64,000 nucleotides of DNA from Camelus ferus (lineage: Eukaryota), in NCBI RefSeq assembly GCF_009834535.1, contig NC_045707.1:52454001-52518000 (forward strand), written 5' to 3'. Positions 46,906-60,099 of the stretch are shown one piece after another. The notes under the pieces were generated by a model. It saw only the letters and a program-made list of their open reading frames with translations, was not told where the DNA came from and did no database searches. A program made the position numbers and the translations under genes. The stretch's first letter is position 1; the number at the start of each line of letters is the position of its first letter.

Positions 46906-49619
46906 GAAATTGAAGCCATCACAGGAGTTCCACTAAAACCTTCTGGGCAAAATGCACTGTACTCAAAAAGTGCAGGCCGAAAGCGCTTACTCAGCATTTC
47001 CCCGATTACGGTGATGGCTTCCGACACCTGGAATTTGGAGGAACTGCATGGAGGAAAAATGTGTTGCATGGACTGAAAGAAAACAAGAGTGTTTCATAAA
47101 TGTGAAATACGTACAATAGGGCTACAAAGGAAAAGTGTCAGTGTCAGAGTCCTGGGGCCAGTGGGGGTGGGAGTAATGCAGAAAAATCCACCCCTGTCCC
47201 CTGAGGGCTCCGGGGCAGGTCTCATCCTCTGAGGGCCTTGGTTTTCCCTTCTGTGTAACGCAGGTAAGAGGTCCTACCTTCAATGTTAGTCCTAAGAGGG
47301 TAAAGATCAAGTGCTGAAATGTCTCCCTCATGCCTGGAATACGATACATAATGAGCTGTAATAATTAATAAACAATAGTAGCCATTATGAAAACACTTTG
47401 ACCATGAGATAGAAAAGTAATTCATACATTCTTCTTGTAGTGTCTATGCATTTAAATGCTGCAGAAGTTGCTGTCTTGAGTAGCTTAAGGAATTTTTAAT
47501 GAGACATTAAATAAGAGTGGCCAAATACCAATTAACTTCATGCTTGTAGATTACCACCTGAAGGTAAATATGCAAATCCTTGTTGTAAAATTTTAAGTAG
47601 ATGGAGCTTACTATTTATGGTTGGGGTACTCAGTGAAGTGGGGCTAAATTGACTTAATCTATTGCTTCCTGAAGAAATCAGAAAGTTAGCTGACATACAT
47701 CCAGCTGTCGACTGGTGATTGTGTCTGTCAAAATAGTGTACGGCAAAGAAAATACTCTGACATCTTTTACTTTTATTGCTTGGAGGCACCCCAAATAGGA
47801 GCAGATTATTTAACTTTTTTTTTTTTTATTAGTCTACAGATCTGTGAGAAATTCCAGGGCTCTCTGGCACTTGAATATTCCTTTCCTTAAACAAAACCAA
47901 AAAGCAGAACAACTTATTCCTAAGCACCAGAAACCTGCTTGGTGTTATCCGTGCACTCTTAATAACCTGCATTTCCTTTTCTGTTTTTAAACTCAGGGTC
48001 CACCCCTGTCCTTTCTCACCCACTGCCGGCTGATAATGGGCTGTGTTCATAGGGAATATGCCTTCTGTTTTGGGGGAGCTTGTGTTTGGTGAGCAGTCAT
48101 GTCAGGAAGCTCCGTGAGCCTCCTAGCTGAGAAGCATCTGGGTTTGAGTGGGAAGTGAAAAGTGAAGATTTTCTAGCTATACCATTGCTGAATCTGGGGT
48201 ATTTGTTAACTACTGTTCACAGAAAACACTTCTCTCCTATTATTCTGCCATTCAACTCTCACCATAAACCCACAGATTACAGACAGGGGAAACTGAAGCT
48301 GGCAGTTTTATGTACATGTATATATGACTGTTTTCTCAAAGCATAGGGTCTGCAGGTCCTGATTTGCCTGAGAGTGCCATTCTGTAAGTGAAATTAGTGT
48401 TTCAGGGAGGAAAATCGCTTATAGATTTCTTCCTCACACTTAATCTGTGAAACAAATTTGTCTGTGGTCACTGCAAACATGAATTGTGGATGCTCACTTA
48501 TTTGGAGCCCATTAAACAATGCTAAGATGAGGAAGAAACATTTTTTTTTCCCTAGGCAACCCATTTTTAAAAATTGTCATTTAGTCTATAGAAATGTTAG
48601 TAGGGAGACGACCATTATTGGGAAGAACCCGCCTCAGAATTTTGGATGCTTGTAGGGAGGGACCAGAATCCTGGGCCTGTGGAGTGAACACACACGTGTT
48701 CCTTCTGTGTTTTCAGATGGAGAGAAAAAGATCTTTTTTAGCATCCTATAGAAGAAAAGATACCGTTCCAGCATCAGAGGGAGAGGAGAAGACACTGAAA
48801 TGTGATTTGCGCCCGCAGGAGCATCCAGACCACGCCTTCCGAATGCCCCAGCTCCCTGGGGAAGCCAGGCCTCAGGAGGGGTCAGGGGTCACAAGCACAC
48901 CTGCAGGACTGAGCCAGGTGAAAACAAGTCTGGTTGTGAGAGAAATCCCCTCTCCTGAACTCTCCCTTCTGGTCCACCAACTAATGTCAAAAGGACAGGA
49001 CTGAAGCCTGGGGAGTCTGGGATGTCCCCTGACCCTGTCACCTTAGTGAAGCTGCCTGAGTTTCCTGCACCCCAACCACGCTGTCGGCAATACAGACGAA
49101 ACCCAGTTTACAGTCACCTCCCAAGCTCACAATAGTCACAGGGCATCTGCACTTCACAGTTTATGTAGAGGCTTTCCCTCCTCAACTCTGAATAAGGGAG
49201 GGAAGACATGAGCAGATGAAAGGCCATCTAGAGGTGGCCCTACCACTTCTGCACTGGATGGCAGTAATAATATATTGATATTACTGACATATTAAGACAT
49301 ATTTTAAAGGCTATGTTCTAGGCCCTTTATAAATATTAGTTCATTTAATACTTATAACAAGAGTGGGTTTTTTTTTTTTGAGTGTGAAGGTAATTTTTAT
49401 TAAATAATTATCTAGAAAAAAAGAAACAGGATTTTGATATTTATTCTTTTTTTATGTCGCCACAGCAGTCTCTCCACATCACTCATTATTTGATGACCCT
49501 AGTGTCACTTCAAATAAAAGCCTGTGGTCATCGGAATGAATAGATACAAACCGCTTATTGAAATAGGTGGCTCTTCAAAGTTCTTGTGTGTCAGTGTACC
49601 AGAAGACAAGGGTGGCTTT

Positions 49620-51120
49620 TTAACCTTTTTTATTTTGGAGGAATTTCAGACTCACAGCAAAAGTGGGTGACTAATACCTTCCCCCGGATTCTGCAAACAC
49701 CGGCCCCGGCCTGGGTCGGTTTGCTGCCCCTCACTGTCCGCCCTGAACTGCTGGAGGACACAGAACTGCTTTCTTCACATTCTTTCCCCCCTAAACGCAG
49801 GGATCCCCCACTTTCCATAGATTCACTTGAAGCTATTCACTTTTAGGGAAAACCTACATTAGTACCTGTTTTCGCTAACAAAAAGACGATTTTTCACTTT
49901 TACAAAAAAAAAAAAAAAGGTGAAAAGGGAAAGTTGCATTCAGTGTGGTTTTTGCACACGCGGTTGGTTATCGAGGCGGCAGGCGGGGCCCTGCCCAGCT
50001 CCCTCTGGGTCCACACTCAGCATCTCAGCACCTCGGCGTCCAGAGCCGTGAACCATGTGTGCGAGCACCTGGGCTTCCGCATCCTGGGTTCTCTGCACCC
50101 TTTAGCAGCGCAGGTCTTGAGGTAACTCCTTCACTTTACATCGTTTCAGCTACAAAAGCTTTCTTGGGAATGGTCTGCTCGCAGACAGTCGGGGGGAACC
50201 TGTGCTTTGCTTTATTTTCCTAGTACTGGGACACGGTCTTACGTAACTAGGGAAATGATACTGTGATAGTATTATGTAATCTGGGACTTTCAGATTTCAC
50301 CAACTGTCCCAGTAAAGACCTTCAGAGCAAACAGTAACACAAAGCGAGGCCCAGGACCCAGTCCGGACTGATCTGCTTATTTAGTTGTCTCTTTAACCAG
50401 GAAGGGTGCTTCTTTAACTTGCACACTTTTACGGACTTCAGACTACTTAATTTGTTGCGTGCCCTCCATTTGCATTTGTCAGCTGTTTCCTCACAATTCA
50501 GTTCAGACTGTGCTGTTTTCTTTTCTTCTCTTTGGCTAGAAGTTCTGCAGTGCTGTGTCCTTCTGAGAGCATCGCCTCAGAATTGTGCACTGTGTTCGTT
50601 TGTTCCAGCACCGAGGAGCTGGGCCTTCGTTGCTTGGTTGAGGCGGCGTCTGCCAGCTCTCTCCACAGTGAAGTTACTATTCCTTCCATTGCAATTAAAA
50701 GTCTTTTGTGTGTGGGGGCTAAAAAAAAAAGATGATAGAAATTCTATTTACAAACCAAAAACAGACTCATGGACATAGAAAACAAACCATGGTTATCCAA
50801 GGGAAAGGATATAAAACACACACACACACATTTATATATACTATATATAAAACAGATAAACAAAAAGGATCTACTGTGTAGCACAGTGAACTATATTCAA
50901 TACCTTGTAATAACCTATAATGGAAAAGAATCTGAAAAGAAACAATATATATGTATGTATGTGCTCAACTCAATCACTGTGCTAACAATGAAACTGACAT
51001 TGTAAATCAACTACACTTCAATAAAAAATAAGATTTAAAAGAAGTCATTTGTGTGAAGATGCTTGGAGCCTATGTAAATAGTCTGTTTCCCCTCAAACTG
51101 TTCTCACTGGAAGGGGTTAA
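49620..51120 (-). mobile_element. Fragmented old L1MC-like 3' relic, interrupted by a younger L1 tail
   Basis: ttttttattttggaggaatttcagactcacag..tttcaccaactgtcccagtaa..ctccacagtgaagttact..tatgtaaatagtctgtttcccctcaaact. Boundaries are approximate. Confidence 0.5.
50713..51041 (+). mobile_element. 5'-truncated L1 3' UTR with TSD
   Basis: L1 tail flanked by aagtcttttgtgtg (50699-50712) and aagtcatttgtgtg (51042-51055). Confidence 0.85.
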
Positions 51121-51764
51121 ACTCTCCTTCGTGTACGAAAGTAACCTTCTCTGTGCCTCAGTCCTTGATGGGTTCTGTCTGCATCTCAGGAGTTGGTGCC
51201 CCTGTGGGTGCAGGGCTGGCACCGCAGTTTCAGGGCACTGGTACCCAAGTGCACAAAGAAACACCACGGCAGCATTTTTCATTTCTCTTGAGACGTCCTC
51301 TTTGAATAATAGATGATTTAGTAGTGTGTCGCAAACATCTAGGTTTTGATAATATCTCGGTTATATGTCTTACTGATTTCTAGTTTGATAGAATTATTTT
51401 AAATTTGTTGCTCTTGGTTTCACAGCCCAGGATCGGGTCTTGGTCTGTGTTCCCGGGGTGCTTGAAAATAATCTGCTTCTGTTGTTAGGGAAAGTGTCCT
51501 ATACGGGTCAACTTGACTCTGTTGGTTGATGGAGTAGAGCCGTTCTTTTCTGGTGTGTTAAAAATGATAGACCCAAAAGTAGTTCTCTGTCAACAATCAA
51601 CTCATGAGCCAAGAGGGCAGCTATGTCTTTAGACCAGATAACTATTCTGCCTGGGTCTTTCTTGGGAGAATGAGAGAGCGCTATGAACAGAGGGAGCCTT
51701 TGTCAATGCAGAGCCAGCAACCGTTAGGCAGAGGAGAGGCTCTGCTTACAGATAACTTTGCCAA

Positions 51765-52250
51765 GTGTTTTAGTTTGGTTTCCCCAGAAGCAGACCTCGA
51801 GACAAGTGCAAGTTTTTGGAGGTGATCCCAGGAAACAGCAGTGGGAGGGGGGTTGGGGAAGGAAGGCCAGTAAGTGGAGGCAGCCAATAAAAAGCACATT
51901 GTGAAGCAAATAAGCATTGTGGGCGCCCAGAACTCAGTCCTGCGGGGCTTCCGTGGGTACCAGCATTGCACACAGCTCGGAGCATGATGCAGCAGGGGTT
52001 TTATGCATCAGTTCCTATCAGTCTCTGTTCAAGGGTGCGTGGGGGGTGGGGGGGGGTTGGGAGGGGGTGTTAATTCTTTGATGCTGGCTGAGAAGAATCC
52101 AGCTGCCAGAGAAAGTCTCCAGGCACAGAGGTGGAGTGATCACAGCTGGAAGCAAGCCTGGTGCGCTGCTCTGGTCAAGCCTGATGGACCATGAACAGAG
52201 CACGCAGCATCAGCACCACCTGCCAAGCAGGTACCTAGAAGTCCCTACGA
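51765..52250. mobile_element. LTR33-like ERVL LTR relic
   Basis: gtttccccagaagcagacc..gagacaag..ggaggtgatcccaggaa..ggcagccaataaa, as recalled for LTR33. Confidence 0.6.
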
Positions 52251-53249
52251 TGCCCCACTGGCACATTCTGGCACAATCTAAAATCCCCAAGAAAAGAAAT
52301 TCTTCTTTTAGCTGGAGCCCTGGCTCCGTGACTTTTCCTTCTATGGATTTGCAGGAACACTGTTCGGGAGGGTGCTTGTCTTCCCTCGGTCTTGTTTCAG
52401 CATCTTCACTGCCCTTTTTGAGAGCTTTCCCTGTTCCCATCTTCCTCAAAAACAGGTCCCAGTGCTCTCAGGGGACTCTACACCTCATCTCAGATGGTTT
52501 CAGACAAGCCCATGAGGAGACGTCAGCACTCCAGGCTGACTTACCTTCTGCGAGGGGAAGGAGTGAGTGTCTAAAGGCAATTCCAGGCTCCTGAGCCTCT
52601 GGGAGCAGCCACCCACTGCCAGACGCGAAGGGAAAACCAGCATCCATCTCCTCTGGCCTCGTCACACACGCCAGCCAGCAATTACAGGTGGGTCACCTCC
52701 TATGGCTGCTCTGGATCCACCCTACTCTGGCTTCAGCCAAAGGACTGACAGCATGCCTCTGAAGATTTGGTTGGGCATGTCAGCCACGTGGACGAGTGAA
52801 TTAACATTAGGTCCCGGTGTTCTAATGCAGACACCTGGGAGGTGGAGGTCCATCCTTTCCTGAGACAGTTCCTCAGAATGCTTTGGGGGGAAATAATTTA
52901 ACACCTCGGCTGGCTCCTCATCTGCCAAAACAATGGAAATAATATTGAGCTACCACACTGGGGCATTGTAAGAGTCTAGTGAAAATATAATTGTTTAATT
53001 TCCCCCATAATCACACAGGATGCTTTCCTGGCTGGGAACCACACGATGCATTATAAGAGGGAGGTAACATTTCTGCTCCTGAAAGGCTGGAAGCCTTAGA
53101 AAAATGTAAAAATATAAAGAAACCAATTTAAATGTGTGGAGGAGGCGGTGTCCCCTAGTCCCTGAAAGCCAATAGCAATTGTACCCCTTTTCCATGTTTT
53201 ATCTTGGCCTGAAATATAAGAAGATGGAAGCAAACAATGAAAATGCTTC

Positions 53250-53610
53250 TATTTTTATTTATTTATGTATTTTCTTTTATTTTTTGTTATTGGTTTAAGT
53301 TTTAAAGTTTGTTTTTGTTGAAGTATCTTTGGTTTACAATGTTGTGTTAATTTCAGGTGTACAGAATAGTGATGCAGCCATACGTACATATGTTCATATT
53401 CTTTTTCATCATAGGCTATTCCAAGCTACTGAATACAGTTCTCTGTGCTATACAGTGGGACCTTGTTTATTTTATACATAGTAGTTTGTATCTGCAAATC
53501 CTGAACTCTCAATTTATCCCTCCACACACTTTCCCCACTGGTAACCATAAATTTGGTTCCTATGTCTGAGAACCCATTTCTGTTTTGTAAAGAAGTTTGT
53601 TTGTGTCATT
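53250..53610 (-). mobile_element. 5'-truncated L1 3' UTR
   Basis: T-rich tail, then ttgaagtat..tttacaatgttgtgttaatttcaggtgtacag..tggtaaccataa. Confidence 0.85.
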
Positions 53611-53995
53611 TGAGCACAGTTTTTAAATGCCTTAAGTCTATCTGGCAAAATACTTGCATGGTTAGAGACCCCATCGTCAGAAACCCTGAAATTCATTTGC
53701 GTAAGAAGAAAATTTAAATGATCTTCCTCTGCCATTTCTAGTGACTGTCAAAAATGACATTGCTTTTGATTTAAGAAATAGGATTCAAAGCCAGTCTGTG
53801 AAACCAGGCCAAGACTTTCCCCAAATCTGGCTGAGCTTGAAGGAAACTAATTTTGGATAAGCACCAAGCATTTTGTTTAATATTCTTTTAATGTCAGACC
53901 AAGCGTTAATAAAAACAAGAAGTTGGTTTTAGGTATATACCTCCAATAGCCAAGATTCTGAATGATTCAGCAAACTATGTCCTTCATTTAGCATC

Positions 53996-54403
53996 TATAT
54001 TGGTTGCCTGGGTCTGCTGTAACGAAGGACCACAAACATGGGGACTTAACACCAGCAGAAATTTACTCTTTCCCAGTTCTGGGGACCAGAGGTCCGGAGT
54101 CAAGGTTTTGGTAGGGCCTCCCCCCCGAAGGCTCCCCTCCTCTCCTCTTTCAGCTTCTGGTGTCTCCAAGGGATCCTTCTAGTGGCTGTGTCTCTCTGGT
54201 CTCTGTCTTCACATGGCTGCCTGCTCTGTGTCCCTCATCTCTGATCCTGGTCTTTGGACTTAGGACCCATCCAGATAACCCAGGATGGCCTCACCTTGCA
54301 ATCTCTAACTAAGTTGCATCTGCACAGGCCTTTTTTCCAAATAAGGTGACATTCATCAGTCCCAGGGGATTGAGACTTGGACCACCATTCAGTCCATTCT
54401 CAC
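53996..54403 (-). mobile_element. MaLR (MLT1A/B/C-like) solo LTR
   Basis: gctgtaacgaaggaccacaaac..cagaaatttactct..cagttctggggaccagaggtcc..tttccaaataaggtgacattca..accattcagtcc. Confidence 0.8.
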
Positions 54404-54719
54404 ATCTCTCTCTCTCTCTCTTGAATGTGTTTCTCTGGATTAAAACTGTAGTAAAAATTAAAACTATATCAGAAAAGCAAACATCTTTTCATCCTTTATT
54501 CACATTTTCCCTTCCCAGCATTTCCACTCTTTGAGGAGGTGATGTAACTCAAAGGCTTACACATCCCTGCAAATGCCTGTATTCTCTGCTTGAATGAGAG
54601 GCGTCCTCCAAGAGGCAAGGTGAATGTGTTTCTGCCCATTTCTACAGCAACTACCGGTAAGAGGACTGGAAGAGAACTATAGTTGTAGAGTGCAAAACTA
54701 TGCCACACCTGATAGGCGA

Positions 54720-55015
54720 CACTGCAGAAATTCTAGATGGCCTTAGGTTTGGTGAAGACTTTTTAAGACACAAAACCAAAAGCATGATCCATGAAAGAGA
54801 AAAAAATTATTAAGTTGGATTTCATTAAGTTTTTTTTAATTAGCTTTGCAAAAGACACTCTAAAGAGAGTGTCAAGACCCCCTGGGGGGAGATCGGAGCA
54901 AAGCACGGATCTGAGAAAGAACCGGTGTCCCAGGAACCCAACAGACTTTTCAAATGTAACAAGAAGAAAACAAAGATTCCAAATGAAAAATGAGCCAAAG
55001 TTTTGGATTCATCAT
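54720..55015 (+). mobile_element. Old L1M ORF2 fragment
   Basis: ctagatggccttaggtttggtgaagactttttaaga..atccatgaaaga..aagttggatttcattaa; homologous to about 32085-32360. Confidence 0.7.
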
Positions 55016-55605
55016 TGGTGGTGGTGAGTCTCTAAAAAGGTTTTCTTCTTTATTAAAAAGTGGTGCAACTCCTTTGAGAGACCATTCTCTCTCTCCCAGG
55101 TCTTGGATTTTGCTGGATGAAGATGGGGAACTCAGACCCACTTCAGCCTTCCTGCAGCCCTGGGCGCACAAGCATGAGGGTAAAAGGAAACCAAATGGCA
55201 AAACAGACAGTGGAAAGAACATGGGTCTTCAGGGAAGTTGCTGTGACTCTCAGTTTTCCAAGCATCAAACCATTTGGTACCTGATTTCTCATTATGTGGC
55301 ACAATAATTCCATTTATTGTTGAAATCAAACAGTTCAAAACATCCTAATTTGAACCATTTTAAAAATTGCTTGTGTTGTTTTGGTTTTAACAATTTAATA
55401 ACTTTTTTAACAGTTAAGTTAGAAACCCAGCAGCATCATGCACTAGCGGGTTCAGAGCTGTTAAAGGTCAGGGTGGCTGCTGGCCTGGGTGTCGCTTCCA
55501 ATCCCTTCTCTACTTGGAGGGGTGACCTTGGGCACCCCTCCCTTGTTATCCTACTTTCTTTACAAATGAGGAGGTCAGATAATAGTCTTAGAGTTCCATA
55601 ATTCT

Positions 55606-56507
55606 TTTTTTTTTAATTGAAGTATACTCAGTTACAATGTGTCAATTTCCAGCATACAGCATAATGTTTCAGTCATACATATACATACATACATTCCTTT
55701 TCATATTCTTTTTCATTATAGGTTCCTGCAGAATATTGAGTATAGTTCCCTGTGCAATACAGAAGAAATTTGTTTTATCTTTTTTTATACATAGTAGTTA
55801 ATATTTGCAAATCTCGAACTCCCAGTTTATCCCTTCCCACCCACTTTCCCCCAGTAACCATAACTATGTCTGAGAGTCTGTTTCTGTTTTGTAGATGAGT
55901 TCATTAGTGTCTTCTTTTTTTCTTTTTTAAGATTCTACATATGATTGATCTCATATGGCATTTTTCTTTTTCTTTCTGGCTTACTTCAGTTAGAATGACA
56001 ATCTCCAAGTCCATCCATGTTGCTGTAAATGGCATTATTTCATTCATTTTTATGGCTGAGTAGTATTCCATTGAATAAATATACCACAGCTTCTTTATCC
56101 AGTCATCTGTCGATGGACATTTACGTTGTTTCCATGTCTTGGCTATCGTAAATGGTGCTGCTTTGAACACTGGGGTGCATGTGTCTTTTCAAATTAGAGT
56201 TCCCTCCAGATATAGACCCAGGAGTGGGATTACTGGAACATAGGGTAAGCCTATTTTTAATTTTTTGAGGAATCTCCATACTGTTTTCCATAATAACTGC
56301 ACCAAACTACACTCCCACCAGCAGTATAGGAGGGTTCCCTTTTCTTCACACCCTCTCCAGCATTTATTGTTTGTGGACTTTTTAATGATGGCCATTCTGA
56401 CTGGTGTGAGATGAGACCTCATGGTGGTTTTGATTTGCATTTCTCTGATAATTAGTGATACTGAGCATTTTTTATGTGTCTATTGGCCATTTGTATGTGT
56501 TCATTGG
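55606..56507 (-). mobile_element. Relatively young 5'-truncated L1 (ORF2 C-terminus, 3' UTR, polyA) with TSD
   Basis: ORFs 56189-56440 ([27 protein letters not shown]..) and 55904-56170 ([15 protein letters not shown]); TSD agagttccataattct (55590-55605) / agagttccatgtttct (56508-56523). Confidence 0.93.
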
Positions 56508-57259
56508 AGAGTTCCATGTTTCTAATCAGAGTTCTTCTCTGGCCCTGCCTTTGTTGTCTGACTGGCTACAGGACGCTGGAACTCCACCGTCTCCAGGTCA
56601 GTGAGCTTCTGCCTTCAAGCTTTGCACGACTGTGAAAATCCGGGGTTAGTATAAATACTTGACATTTGCATAAAAGATAGACAGTTAGGACATTATAATG
56701 AAGTATAGCAGCTTTCTCTAAAAGGCAAACCAGAAAGTCTCATCCTGAGAAAGAAGAAACATGTGTTAATGTATTGCAGGGCAGGCATAGTAAACAGCAG
56801 AGCACTACATGCCAACGTTTCAAAATGCATTAGTCGCCAAGATCACGGTGAATAAAACAGGTGCTAGAATCCCTCTCTTCTCTGCATTTTTCTGTGTCCC
56901 TCTCAGTGTGTTCACTACTGCTAGCAAGGAATGACGGAGCAGTGGGAGTGTGACTCCTGGGATGTGTGAAGACGGGGAGAGGAGGAAAGAACAGCTGACA
57001 GCATTCATGGTCATCAGATGGACATAGTTATGAACAAGAGCCTCGAACACAGCCAAGACCAACAGGGCACGGGCTCTGTCCGAGAGCACTGAGCATTCCA
57101 CAGACGATGGTCGTTCATCATCATCACGTGTTGAGGGGATGGAGGGACCCCTGGACAGACTTTACATGGGGACTTTCCCCAGTTTCAGAGACCCAGGGAA
57201 CGTGTTCAACACCGTCATCCTCTGTAAGACCACCCCCCTCACACAGACTGTGGCTTCTC

Positions 57260-57560
57260 AAGGTGTGTCGATTAGATAAGTTACCTTTGTCGCTTCAATC
57301 ACCTCATCTACTAAATGGGGCTGATTTAATGAGTTGTCGTGAGGACTAAGGCACAGATGTGGACATAAAGGGCTTAGCACATTTATTGATACACAGCAGT
57401 CACTCAGTAAGTCAGAGCTACCATCAGGCGTGGCATGACTAGTATAATAGTAGCAGCATACATTACATCCTGGGCTTGTTTTGAGGCTTAAAGGACATAA
57501 TGTATGTAAATTGCTTGGCCCCACACCTGGTGGAGTGAATCCTTAAAAATGTCAGCTGTC
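57260..57560 (+). mobile_element. MIR relics (two partial copies)
   Basis: gataagttacc..cctcatctactaaatgggg..gttgtcgtgaggactaa, and gttttgaggcttaaaggacataatgtatgtaaa..cacacctgg. Confidence 0.6.
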
Positions 57561-57561
57561 A

Positions 57562-57640
57562 GTGGTGGTGGTGGTGGTGATGGTGGTGGTGGTGGTGGTG
57601 ATATCAGGTGGCGGTGGTGATGATGATGGTGATGGTGGTG
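57562..57640. repeat. (GGT/GAT)n trinucleotide repeat
   Basis: gtggtggtggtggtggtgatggtggtgg.. Confidence 0.9.
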
Positions 57641-58904
57641 CATCCTAGTCCACTTCATGTCTTCTCACTGGAGGAGAAAGCCTCCCAAGTGCCCTCCCCC
57701 CACTGTCCCATTTCTCTCTAATTCTGCACTATTCTGTGACATAAGACAGTATGAGTTTTTATGTAAGAAACAGAAAGCAGTTTTCAAACAATTCTAGCTG
57801 CGAAGAGGGATCCACTCATCCAAAGGTTGCGTTTGATGTTTCCAAAGACCTGCGTGTTTCGCTGCCTGACAATTCAGTGACAGGTAATTGGCTCGGCTCT
57901 TCCTTTTCAGTTTCCATCCGGGCGTTTGGCTCTGCTTGACAAGAAGAGAGCCTGAACGCTGCTCCTTTGTCTGCGCTGAAAGCTGTTTGCGAACATACTT
58001 GGAATCAAGCAACAAAGCCGTGTTCTTCCGCTGCGCTTCTTTGCGCTGCGCAATCACTTTCGTATTCTTGAATCACGAAACAAAGCGCGATGAGTCACCC
58101 AGGTGGGACTCACAGCGCAGGAATCAGGAGCCCCACGCGGGTCTGATCCTCCGCTTTAATCGTATCTCAAACACACCCGAGTTACTGTTTGTAGTCTTGT
58201 TTCCTTGCTTCCTCTCCGCCCATTCCAGCCGTGAGATGAGGTTATGAAGAAAGAGAAAAATGAGGAGAGGAAAAGCTAAAAGGGGAAAAAAAAAACCTAG
58301 GAGTGAAATGGTACAGTTGAAATTCAGAATATATAGCCACAAAATGGTAAAAACAAACAAACAAACAAAAAAACATAAAACAAACACGTAGACTGATTGT
58401 TTTTCTGCTTGGGCTCAAGGCTGCCTGTCTTCATTTGGAACAGGGAGGCAAAATCACTGTTGAACAGTAAACGAAAATACCAGGCTCGCCGACTTCCTTT
58501 AGTCTCGCTGCACTTGTTAAAGCTTATGTTCAACATCTTGCCCATCCAGAATCTAACATACGGACCCGTGGGTGAGAGAGCTGTGAGAACCTTCGCTTGT
58601 GCGGTCTGTGATTGCAAAGGCTTCAAAATAACCTGAATGTTAATGCTATTTTTTAAAAAATGACTTTTGAAAACCCCTATAAGAGGAAAGGAAAAACACT
58701 GTAGCCGAGACTTTCTTCAAGTCTCCAGGACAGGCTAAGATGGCCAGGAGACCTCGGGAGAGTGCGAGGACCCCGAGGTGCCACAGCTCAGGAGGGGCCG
58801 GTAGGCAGGCGCAGGTGCAGAGTCCGTGGAGAGAATTCCTGAGCCTGAGGCTGGGAGCTGCACCATCTTTGAACTCTAACAAGGAATTTGTTCAAGCCTT
58901 TGGG

Positions 58905-58938
58905 GTGTGTGTGTGTGTGTGTGTCTGTGTGCGTGTGT
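58905..58938. repeat. (TG)n microsatellite
   Basis: TG run with interruptions. Confidence 0.85.
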
Positions 58939-60099
58939 ATTTAAAGCTTGAGGAATGAACAACCTCTTTATTAACATCTCAAAAGTAAAACTTCCATTAG
59001 CACCATTGGGAACCTAGACATAGTTTCCTCATGGCCTCTATAAAGTCTGCATCCTTTGAAAGGAGGCAGCTAATGAGTTTAGGTCAAAAGCTGCAAAAGA
59101 AAGAAAAGATGACAAAGATTAGCAGCGGGGGAAGGGTATCCTGCAAAAAATTATTTCTTGGGAGAGGTGAAAATTATAAAACAATAAAATTTTCATTAAT
59201 GTAGAAGAAATATCACTTTAAAAGCTATATAATGAAACAGAAATGCAAAACTCAGGTGAAAGATGAGGGCAGCAGCGGGGTGTGAAATGAAGGCTGACAG
59301 AACTCAGGACAGAAATATGAAAAGACAGTGAATCATCACCAGAATGAGGATGGAACTGCGTGGAGTCCAAGGGCAAGTAAACACTAACAACCACAACAAC
59401 AAAGCAACATGAAGAACAGAAATGAGAAAATTCAAAACAGAGAAAAAGTGTCAAAAGCAGTACAGAACACAGGCATGCAAGAAACCAGCCCAGGTACTTC
59501 TGAACACAGTATTTTGACTGTATACCTCGGACTAAAGATAAAAATAGACACACATACTGAATTCTAATTAGTAGCTTTGTGTTTCACATTTGGGTTACTA
59601 ATTCTGAAACGATTTCTGGGTATTTTAGGATCGAGAAAATAGGTAAATGTATTGAGGATAATTGGCCCCGACCCCCCCCCTCTCCTGTTGGAGGCCTGAC
59701 TTACACGTAGGGGACGGGGCGTGGAGAGGAAAGTGTACCCCGAGGTGCGCAGTGGAACTGGAGGTGTCCGTGTAATCCCAGGACCGCACGTTCGCGCGCA
59801 CGCATGCACACACACACACATACACACGTGGACCCATCCATATGGTCCCCAGCTCTCCTTGCTGAGGGGGCCCGGGAACAGTCTGCCTCAGTTCACACGA
59901 GCACCCACATCTTGAGGTCTGAGAGCCATTCTCTAAAAAAATGGCTTTAAAAATGGCTTCCTTGGAGAACTGGCTGATTCTTGGTTTGTGGAGAGCAGAG
60001 CACAAGATGGGGGACAGAACATCCTTTTGTGCTGGGAGGCAAGGAGGTAAGCAAAGGATGGAGCCACGCCCAAAGACCCCGCAAGCCAACTTGGGGAGA

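Noticed and set aside
55904..56440. L1 ORF2-like ORFs as functional genes (also 270-512)
   Set aside because: They are 5'-truncated, interrupted fragments with no endonuclease or RT domain.
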